The notes under the pieces are model-generated. The model saw nothing but the letters and a program-made list of their open reading frames with translations, was not told where the DNA came from and made no database searches. Position numbers and translations under genes: made by a program. DNA of 64,000 nucleotides from Paraspadella gotoi (taxonomy: Eukaryota > Animalia > Chaetognatha). This document shows, piece by piece, positions 53,901-64,000 of this stretch. The stretch's first letter is position 1. The number at the start of each line of letters is the position of its first letter. The stretch spans positions 23,428,776 to 23,492,775 of the forward strand of contig CM119265.1 of the NCBI GenBank assembly GCA_051294375.1, given 5' to 3'.

Positions 53901-56900
53901 TCCAAAATACCGCAAATCTGCCTCGCCGCATTCCGGCGCCGCGGCCTCAGAACGGCGCCCCCAAACGGCATGGACTGTGAGCGGGGGATGGACGCATCCA
54001 ACTACGGATGACGCCGATTGTGAAGAAAGCGCCGGACGGGAGACGGAAGGAGGAGAGGGAGAGGCGCTCTTCCTCGCCGCCGGGACTCGCGTCAAGAAGA
54101 GCGAGGGCGTGCTGCTGCTCGAGCGCAAGATGGAGGCGCACCGGAGTCTGGACAAGCGAAAGTCCAAGGGCTTCGTCAAGCCACGAAAGGCGCAACGATA
54201 CGTGGAGGACTCTATCGAGAGTGGCGACCAAAACGAGAACCGGATTCGCGAGAAGAGAAAACTGGACCCTTCGAGGCTGGCTGGTCGCGACCCTTCCAAA
54301 GGCTATGGGCGCACCCGTCACGGCCAACACCACAACCGCGAAAAATCCACCCACCGCCGCGGCTGGGCTGGCGGACAAGGGCGGTATCGGCACCGAGAAG
54401 AGCGACAACATTACCATCCCCCACACCACAATCACCAGCTTCACCGCCCGCCTCACAGACGCGTCGTCGCCCCCAAGCCACGCGTGGGCACATCCTCGGA
54501 ATCGGAATGTGAAAAGGCGCCCGCTAGGCAGGAGAAGCCGCGGCAAAGAACGAAGAGACTGCCGACCCAACCAATCGCTTACAACTCTCCGCCCAGGCCC
54601 ACACGTCGAGGAGCCGCCGCTCCAGCGTACCTAGAAAAGGGCCTGAGTCGGGAAGAACTCGGCTGCTCGGCGCCATCTCGGCGGAAACAATCTCTGGAAA
54701 GGGCGTCCTCGTCTCTCATGAGCCTCACTCTGTCGAATGCGCAAGAAGTCAAGGACGACACCGATTCCGCCGAGCCCGTGGCTGCTGTTGCCTCCGCCGC
54801 TACCGCCAAGTCGCCTGCCGAATGCCGCAAGGACGTCGCCCTCTCCATGGTGGTTCACGACCTGAGCAGAGAAAATCCAATCACCGTCGCCAAAGTCAAC
54901 AACCTCTCAAAGCCCTTTGTCATACGAAAGGAGAACATCTCAACACCCTCGCCGAAGGACGGTCACCGACGTCGAACGACGGAGATCTTCGTCAGCGACG
55001 CCGAAGACGCCGGCGCTTCGGATCGCGAGGAAAAGATAAACGAGTTCTGCGACCGATTTGGTCTGGCGCGCATCTCTTCCGGCAGTGATCCTGGACGCGC
55101 ACCTTCCTCCCGCGCTCGACGCTCGAGCTCGACGATCGAGGCGTTGTTGCGGCAGGATCGCGTATCCACGGCGGCCGCGGCTGCTGCTGCGGCCGCCGTC
55201 GATCCGCAACGGCGGATGAGAAAGAACTCGACTGTCGAGGCACCGATGCTGCTGCGGATGGGAGGTGGCGGAAGCGACGTCGCCGCCGCTGCCGGAAAAC
55301 CCGTCACCTCGTCCGTGAAGTCCCGTCTCGAAGACGCCAAGTGCCTCTCTTCCTCATCCCTTTTTGACGTTTCGGAGGGACGACCTTTGAGCATCGAAAG
55401 CCCAACTGTCTCTGATCCTTTCTCCGACTCGACTTCCTCGCCGCCTCTCGTTTCGCCCCAAGACCCTGTAGGTGGCTCTTCCGTTCTAACTTCCTCCGTC
55501 CCTCCTTCCTCCGTCCCTTCCTCCGTCCTCTCCAACGCCGGCCGGTCCAGATCCTTGGATCAATTTCCATCTCGTCATAATCGCGAAAATCTCGTCCCGC
55601 CTCAGATGGCCGAGGTACCGCTATTGGTGTCGGACAGTTCTTCGGACGACATGGAAAAAGGCCATCTCGCCGATCTCTTCGTCGACGGGGGCGACGACGA
55701 TAAAGACGATAAAATCGAGGAAGACGATGTCGAAATCGGCGATCGTCGCGACGATGCTTCCAGCGTTTCTCGTTCCTCGATCAAGGACGATATTCGTTAC
55801 ATCGACGATCGCAGTAGCGACGAGTCGTGGCCGGATGTGGCGAACGCTTCCTCCGCGCGAGCGTTCTCTTCGCACGTTAGTGAATCAAGTGATTGGCGAT
55901 CGAAAATGTGATTTTTAGCCTTAAATTTACTTCTTTTTTTTTTTTCAAACAGTCTCACTCGTGCGAACTTTCCCACGGAGTCTGTTCCCACTACGCTCAT
56001 CGCTACTTTCCAACTAACAATGAAAATGGCGCCGGCGAAGATGGGAACGTCGACTCCGAGAGTCGGGCGGGGCGGACTTCAGCGTCGTCTGTCGAAGACA
56101 ACGACGCTGAAATGTTAGACTCGTCGGAATCGGAGGGTAATGCTGAATAAATTTTCTTGATTTTTTTAGTCGGATCTGCTTATAAGCAGATCCCGACTCT
56201 ATAATTCACTTGGTCGGTTCGTCGGTTCGCCCCTCAATCTTGTCGGGCATTCATATATATCATGTCAAAATATCGAATTATGTTAAATTATGCAAAAAAA
56301 AACGATGTCCGTCAAAAAAAATTATGCAAAAATTACTTGTGATTGGATGGATGGATTGGAATGAAATTTTGTGTGTTGGTAGGGTTTGAGCTAGATATAT
56401 GAAGTTTCGATTGAATCGTGCGAGTGGAAAAGAGTTTAAATGGAAAAAAACAAAAAAAATCTATTTCACTATTTGAACGCCAATGACTAATAAGTAAACA
56501 GGGCGATTGACTTGAAATTTTGTATGTGATTAGGAAAGTGTGTGATTAAGCTGGAAGTCAAGTTTCGATGGAATCGTCTGAGTGGAATAGAGTTTAAATG
56601 GAAAAAACAAAAAACCTGTTTTACTAATTGATTGTTTTTTTTTATTTTCATATTAAATGTAAATGCAAGATGTATTAATTAATCAAATAATTAATCAGTT
56701 AAATAATCAATTAGTTAATTAATAATAACTAATCAATTAATTAATTATTAAATCAATCATTTATCTATAAATTAATTGTTTAATCAATCAATCAATCAAA
56801 TTATGCCGATTGACCAAATTTTGCAGTTGAGCAAATTATGTCAGTTGACCAAATTATGAAAGTTGACCAAATTATGCAAGTTGGTATTGGCACAGCTACT

Positions 56901-59900
56901 GGTAATGATTGATAGATCAATTGATTTATATATTTTTTCATAGATTTATTAAGAAGTCTGTTATGATTTGTTATAATCACATATTGACTTTTTATTGAGA
57001 GTCAGAAAAATTATCATGATTTATCATCGGATTAGCTAATGACCGCTTAATTATCGTAGGCAGTTCCGACATTGTTTGCTAAAACTAGTTTTATTAAGAA
57101 TCACTAATTCACTATACGTTATTTTCTTGTTCCTTTATCATTCTTAGTCGACCTCGATTTTTTGGTCAGCGATCTCAACTCTGATCTCAAGGCGCCCAAA
57201 CGAGAATTGAGGCGACGGAAGCAGACCGTTCAAAAGTCGCGTCGCGACCGCGAAACGGCGGAAGGAAAAAGCGTCGCTCGTCCTCAAGGTAAGCAATGCG
57301 ATTGATTAAACTTAATTTATAGGTCAAGGGCTTTATTTTCTGATCTACATTTCGTGATTTCAACTGTTTCTAGACGAATCCTTGTGGGAACGCATGACGA
57401 CCGGTCCTTATGCCATTCGTCCCTCTCAAGTTCCTGCGTGCATTCCCAAGCCTCGACCGGCTGCGCAAGCGTAAAAATGAAAAAAAAAAGGAGTGAGGCA
57501 TTTAAAAAAAATATTTTGAAATATTTTAATGTCGTAGGCCCCACCAAAGAGCCGTCGTCCCTATCGGAAACGTCCTTACATCCATCGCTCGCCGACCAAT
57601 GAGATGGCGAAACATCGAGGCGGAATTGCTTGGTATCCTTAGCCGTTCATGGTTTTAAATTTCATTTTAAAAAAAGCGACATACTCGACCCCAACCCCCT
57701 CCTCCATCAGAGCAACAAAGACGTCCCACTCTTTCCGAATTGGACACAGAACCGTTCCCACCCTCGGAAATGCTCTATATGGGTCTGCCGTCCTGGATCC
57801 ATTCTAGTTCTACTTCCGCGGCAGCAGACGTCGAAGCCAGATCTTCTCTGATGAACGTCGGAACCCAGCTTTCCGATCTTTGGCGGGGTGAGTAAGATGT
57901 CTTTATTTTAATTATTCCTGCCGTTATTAATTATATTTATGTCATTTATAGAGAGCATTCGCGGCGTCCGTCCTCCGAGTTGTCCGTCTCTCGATTCCTC
58001 TGATTCAGAGCCAGAGAGGCTCGACGCTTTCGGCGAGGAATCTCAGCCGCCTTACCTGGTTTCCCGACGCAGGTACGTGGGAAAGAGAAAATGCGAATCT
58101 TTCCGTCTTTTAAATTTTTTTTTTCTATTCTTTTTCTCCCGCCACAGAATGTACGATCCTTTCTGCACGATTGACAAACGGTCCTCCGTCCGCGAAGTCT
58201 CCGTCGACGACGTCGGATTCCCCGACGTATATCTGCGGCCCTCCTCCGACGTCGGCTCTTCCGATCGCTTAGGCGCCACCCGCTCCGCCTCCGGTTCTCC
58301 CGGCGACTCACCCCGCCCTCGTCCGCCCTCTCCTCATCCTAGTCTTTTCTCCCTCGCCTCTTCGCGACCGAGTCGGTTGAACAGTCGCTCGGTCTTCGCG
58401 ACACCGCTTCATCATACCGCGACTTCCCCGCTTTCTCCTCTCATGTTTTCTCCGCGCCCCTCCTGCTCGACCCACCGGGCCCAGTCTCTTTCTCCCACGC
58501 CCGGTCCGATGGGGTCCTTCGAGAGCCCCCCTCATTCAAGAATGCCCGTTTTCCCCCGAGCGCTTTCCTCCTCGCCCGTTTCATTCTCCGCGTTTCGCTG
58601 TCCTCGGAGACGATCGCCGAGCCACCCACCTCAAAGGACTCATCCTTGGGACCAATCGGCGGAAGAAGAGGAGACGGTTTCGATTTCTATCCCGGTCCCC
58701 TCCCTTTACCCCATCTCGCGGCCGAGGATCGACGCCGATGACGACCCCGGACCAGATGCCTCCGTGACGTGGTCAACTCGCGGACATGATTCGCGCGTTG
58801 GTTCTCCGCCCCGGCGCCTGACGTTCGTACCGTCGTCGGACGCTGGGGAAGAGGAACGAGAATCGTCGCCACCGAGATTCGATTCTGACGACGAAGATAG
58901 CGAAGATAGCGACGATGACGACGAAGATCGCGACGATGACAACTATGGCAACAGCGACAATCACAGCCTTCCGGGCTTGATCGAAGACAATGATTCCGAC
59001 GACTTCACGGATATCTATCCAATCGCTTCCAGGAATATTGAAGCTCAAACCTCCGCCGGTAAATATTTGAGAATTAATAATTATTAATTAATAATTTAAA
59101 AGTTATATTATCGCAAGTTTTTTTGTTTTTTTAGGCCGAAACTTGGACTATTCGATGTACCCCATGTTGACTAGTTCCCCTCGCCTCGATCACGCCGGAA
59201 ACGGAAATGCGGCGGGGAGAGCGAGAGCCGGTCTTTTGGAGCAAGATCAACAGATGTTTAGAAACTCGTAAGAAAAATAATATTTTTTCAACCATTTACG
59301 TAGTTATGTTAATTTTCTCCGCCTTTTTTATTCTACTCGTCTCCCCCATCCCTGTCAGCTTTCGCCCTCTTCGTCGTCGCGGCGCGATTCGAATCCGCGG
59401 CCCCTATCGCCCCGGTCGGGCCACTTCTTCCTTCCACTCTCTGCCTAACACCAACAGCGCCGTCAGTTCTGCCAGCGCGGCTCCACCGTCTACCGGAGTC
59501 AATCTCAGTTCCATCGTGGACGAATATTCCATCCTCAGTCGGAGATGGAACGTGCGAGCGAACGAGCCCAATGCCAGACAAGAAGGAAATCGTCCCAACA
59601 TTCTGTCTCGACATCAGGTTCCCTTCATTTATATTTTTTATTTTTAGGTTTTTATCAATCAAGACTTCTTTTAGTAAGGGGCGACTTAATAATTAATTAT
59701 TCGTGACGAGTAACTTATGTACTTTAATCTCTACTTCCTATATTAGGCCGGCCGAGACGAAATGCCCTGCCTCGCGCCCAATTGGATGGAGCGTGCCGCC
59801 GCAAGATGGAGGAGGGAAGACGAACGCGGTTCCTTCTTGACTGACTCACCGAATGGAGAAGAGGTACAAACTTTTTTCGGGATATTTCATGTCAATGTTT

Positions 59901-59911
59901 TTAGTTATTAG
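47976..59911 (+). CDS. Large Ser/Pro/Arg-rich, largely disordered protein of unknown function, more than 20 exons
   Basis: Phase-consistent 5' exons 47976-48015, 48190-48260, 48335-48467, 48662-48685, 49003-49304, 49384-49520; further exon-like blocks at 49.9-52.9 kb; a ~2.4-kb exon (ORF 53479-55911); exons at 57.1-59.6 kb; last exon 59747-59911 followed by AATAAA at ~59938. Not every internal junction was resolved, so this could be more than one gene. Confidence 0.6.
56161..57092 (+). mobile_element. Non-autonomous Helentron/HINE (DINE-1-like) rolling-circle element in an intron
   Basis: Begins in a T-run. The 5' subterminal repeat GTCGGATCTGC (56169-56179) has a local inverted partner GCAGATCCCGAC (56186-56197) and a distal partner GCAGTTCCGAC (57060-57070). 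It has GTCGGTTC mini-repeats, an internal ~100-bp duplication and 18-bp tandem units, and ends ...AAACTAG|TTTT. Confidence 0.6.
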
Positions 59912-60146
59912 TACATTTACAGCAAACAATCATTATGAATAAATGACCTTTTGAATGCTTTGCTTTGCGGCTTTGGAATGCGTATGAGGTTTTCTACAAG
60001 CATTAAAAATGAAGCACAAGTGTCGAAACCCAAACGAAAATGACCAAACAGTTATGATTTTCTTTAAATATACGACTTTTTTTTTTTTTTTTTATGCCAG
60101 TTTTTTTTGTGATGTCATAACAGTAAAAAAGATTGGAAGGGATCTT

Positions 60147-62927
60147 TCAAAAAGGGTTAATATTTTCCTCGTTTTGTTTTTGAGGCTCCGTGTTACTATC
60201 GATTTGGTTAAGAGACGGTTCTATCGGCACTGTATTTTGAAGTTCACCCGCAGGAACTTGCGGCAAAATCGGTTGCATTGGTTGGTTGATTGAAGGTTGA
60301 GCCATTCCCATAGCGGGTTGAGACATTGCCATTGCCGGTTGAGACATTGCCATAGCCGGTTGAGCGATATTCTGTTGTAACATGGCTTGTTGTATTGCTG
60401 AAGGATCCATCATTGACGAATAAGCTCCTTGTAATCCTCTTTGAGTCATGCCAGAAGGCATCATAGATTGCAAGTAATTTGATTGTAATTGGTTATTCAA
60501 GCCTTGCTGAACTGGCGATCCCGAAGCCATTGAAGGCAACAGCATATTCGATTTTTCCATTGGCATTGAGTACGATTGTTCAGCGTTTGGTTGCTGGATC
60601 ATGGGAAGTTGCATTTGAGGTTGGGCGGTTTCCATTGTAAAGTCCGGTTGAGCTTGGATTCCAGAAACTGAAGCGCCATTAGCTACCGATCCAGGTGCCA
60701 CCATTTGGTTCATCTGTTGTCCTGGCTATAAATGTGAGAAAAAATTGATAGATGATACGATTTATAAGAATTTCTTATTCATTTTTTTAAAAAACCTGCA
60801 TTTTAAGAAGACCATGAGAGTCGTGATGATGTTCCGTTGGATAGTGATGATGATGCCTATTATGATCGTGTTGGTGGTGATGATGATGATCCTTAACGAA
60901 AGCGTATGCGTTGTACATTTGAGGGGCGTAGAATTGCTTGTTGTGAAGGTTCGCTTTGTGATGTGTATCATGATGTTTGTAATGGAACCTGGGATAGAAA
61001 AATTAGGATCTAAAATATATAGTTAGATTTATGTTAAAAATTATCCTCTTCCTCACCTGTGTAATACAGTATGGAAAGGCAAGTGGTGTTTAGTTTTAAG
61101 GTTAAAGTGATTATGATGAAGGTGATCGTGAAGATGATGATCCACAACGTGCTTCACATGATCTCTATGTAAGTGATGTTCGGTTTGCATGTGATTCAAC
61201 ATGTTGTGGCGATGATAGTTTAATTTGACTTTATGCCCCTAATAATAAAATATTTTCCTGTTTAAACAAAGATGGTTAGGCTTACTAACAAAAAATATTT
61301 TTTCACCTCGTGATCATCAGCACTAAAATGCAAGACGTGTGGATAGTTTACTCCCATATTCAGGCCAGGTGCGTGAAAATGTGGCACATGGTGATGAAAT
61401 GACCTTTAAAGAAAATGGAAGCAATTTTTTTATGAATAGAGTAAAATGATTTTAATAATTGTTATTTTAAAAATTATTAATATTTGAAATTTTTGAAATT
61501 TCTTGGTTAGGGTATTAGGAACATGCTAAAAGGTAGAAATGAAATGTTTAATATAGTGATAGTTGTTAGGTTCGCTTTGATGGCGTTTTACCTTTGCTCC
61601 TCCATTCGTTGTCGCTGAAGAGGCTCATTATGGGGTTGCTTATGTTCGTTAGTGTATTCAACGTGGGGTTGAAAAAATTTAGGGTTGGGGATCAATTGCA
61701 GGTATTCATAAAAAGGCTCCGAATTTCTGTCCCTCTCGGCTTCTTTTTCGTATTTGTAATAAGGATTGTTCCTGCTCTCGTAATCAAATTTCGTTCGTTC
61801 TCTGTAAATTTGTTTCATTCCAGGCCCCGGTCTTCTCATTTCGCTTATGTTGTGGTTCTTTTCATTTTCTCTGTTTAAATTATTTGGGTGATCCCGAGAA
61901 AAGGTTCTTTAATGCTCTATTTTTTATTTATTTATTTTATCTTTAAAAAATTAATTATAAAAAAAAAATTATTTACATAAAATTGCGTAATGCCCATAAC
62001 GTTTTCTGCAAGGATCACCCCCTCATCTGATTCCGTCGATATTCCTTGACGTATTCCGACGACGTTGACGATTTTTCTTCGAGACTCTCGAAGTCGTGCA
62101 TTTCTTTTTCGGCATCTGTCGTAATCTTTATTTCGGCCTCAACGTCATTCGTGTTGTCTGCCTCTTCGTCGGCGCCGACCCCCAATTTTCCCGTCGAGGA
62201 ATGAAGGTTTTCAGAGAGATCCACAGAAGCCAAACTTCTGTGGGAATTTCTATAGGCTGCTTTTATTTCATCTTCCGCGAGTGGACAAAAACCTTCGCGC
62301 CAGACCTCGCTCTCATTCATGCATTCCTTCTTTTCAGGATGGAAGAGAGTTCCTTCTATACAGGCGTAGGTTTTCGTTTCCAGTAGAATCTCATGGTCAC
62401 TGATGAACACAATTTACCATAAATAATAAATTTGACAATAATTTTCTCCGAACCCCAAAAGACGCCTTTCACCTAGATTTTTCGCACTGATGAAAATATC
62501 GACAATCGAAAGCTACTTGCGATCCCCAATCGACTTCAAAGGGGAATTTGTCTCCGACCGCTGCTTCCAGTCCTTCACAAGGAACTTGGTTCAACCTGAC
62601 AACCATTGGAGCATGCAATGAGATTGGATAGGATCGGAAATTGAAATTCGATTTCTGCAGGCTTGTCAATTTTGTCACAAAATTAAAGATTAATAATAAT
62701 ATTTTCTGCTGCTATGAAGCCTGCAAGAATCGATTCGTTTACTATTGTATGCAGCTTTTTGAACATGATGCTAATAAGTTAGTGATGCAAATACTTGCTT
62801 ACAAAAATTACCGTTTGCTTCTGCTAAGGTATTGTTCCTTCGTCGTGGCGGGTGCACAGTGACTTTGGTGCTGAATTAGCGACGCCACAGTAATTAAGGA
62901 AAAAGCTCGGACGATAGAAGTCCCCAT
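60147..62927 (-). CDS. Secreted protein: signal peptide, chitin-binding type-2 (peritrophin-A/CBM14-like) domain, His-rich middle, Gln/Met/Pro-rich tail
   Basis: Start MGTSIVRAFSLITVASLIQHQSHC at 62927. Spliced C...DCRYFHQC...TYACIEGTLFHPEKKEC...C pattern at 62.3-62.6 kb. His-rich exons at ~61.0-61.4 kb and 60796-60988. Last exon 60725-60147 with SQPAMAM repeats. Some middle junctions are approximate. Confidence 0.7.
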
Positions 62928-63454
62928 TGCACCTCTTTTTCGCTGGACGATATCCAGTCCGAATATTATCGTCGAGTTATTTCTCCGGAAAATCGACGTC
63001 GAAGTTTTGAAAGTAGAAAGAGAGAAGATGTGATCGACGGGTGTTTCGCCTCGATTACCTCACCGCAGAAACCAACGTTGACACCTTTGTCCTCGTTGGC
63101 TCCGTCGTCGTCGTCGTCGTCGTCGTCGCTGCCGTCGTCATATAGATTACTTTTTGTCGCTTGTTGCTTTCCTCTTGTTTCGTAACTAGACAGTCTTTTG
63201 TTTTCGCACGGGAAACAAAATATCAAAAATTCGACCTTCCGGAAAATAATCCCTATTTACCAAAATATTTCGTTACTCGTTTCACCTTAACCACCGTAAC
63301 TTATCGACACCTATCTCTTTTTGCATATTTCTTAAAAAATATTAGTTTCTTCTCTACGATTCGTTTGGTTCAACCGTTTCTGTCTGACTCATTCTTCAGA
63401 TATTGATACCTTGAACCAAAAAAGAAGGGGACAATTTTCTCACCATCCGACCGA

Positions 63455-63906
63455 GATGCCCCTCGAAAAAGAGGAGGGAATCTCGCGCCTTCCTCGACGC
63501 CGGGAACTTGGCGTCGCTTTCTTATTTTTTTTCCTCTTAACTTTTTCGCTTGAGTTTCGAGGTTAATTTCTTTTTTTCCGGTTCAGGCGCTCGGTGCGGA
63601 ACAACAGTCTGCGTCGCTGACCGACGGCGAAAGAGGCGCAGGTGAGTTTGAGACGAAGTAGATCAGTTTTTTTTGGGTTTTTTTTTACAAATTCCTTACC
63701 CCAAAACACAGAGGCGACGCATCCAGAAACGAACGAAGCCGACGATGACCAATGGGAGGACGATGAGGCGGAGGAAGAGTGGGCCCACTGCGACTGCTGG
63801 CACTGCGTCGATCGGCGCGGACGGGAGGCGGAAGAGCTGGAGCGCGCCTCTACCCGGCTCAATCACGGGACGGGCAGGACGCGGAGACTCGATCACAGTT
63901 CCATCG
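63455..63906 (+). CDS. 5' exons of an unknown gene running off the window
   Basis: GC-rich exon-like blocks 63586-63641 and ~63712-63906 with AG/GT ends, encoding an acidic stretch followed by WAHCDCWHCVDRR. The ATG at 63455 is tentative. Confidence 0.45.
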
Positions 63907-64000
63907 GTGAGGGGGAGAGAGGGTAGGAGGGGGGGAGTTGTTGATAAAAAAATTTAACTGATTTTAAACCTTTTTGGAAGTCTGTTTTTAAACTAGTCTA

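Noticed and set aside
63712-63906. FAM193-like identity for the CDCWHCVDRR exon
   Set aside because: The resemblance is limited to a short Cys motif, too weak to name

Overview
Animal (invertebrate-like) nuclear DNA with GC/CpG-rich exons, AT-rich spliceosomal GT-AG introns, many (GA)n microsatellites and three N gaps. I rebuilt exon chains by hand, checking splice phase. From left to right: an AKNA-family centrosomal protein (-, running into gaps at the left edge); an intronless SLC22 organic-cation transporter (-); a roughly 9 kb stretch with no confident gene; a 6-exon coiled-coil gene resembling C6orf163 (-); CAP/Srv2 (-); CRTC/TORC (+, 16 coding exons); CREB (-, 7 coding exons); an intronless AMPK beta subunit (+); a large, mostly disordered orphan gene (+) with a Helentron-like element in one intron; a secreted chitin-binding, His-rich protein (-); and the start of an unknown gene (+). 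The main observation is that CRTC, its partner CREB and a subunit of the CRTC-inhibiting kinase AMPK are immediate neighbours, with CAP next to CRTC. The CREB locus also carries a dense cluster of half-CRE sites and a full CRE. Together this is a candidate physically clustered, self-regulating AMPK-CRTC-CREB pathway locus. All family assignments come from motifs I recognise, not from database searches.
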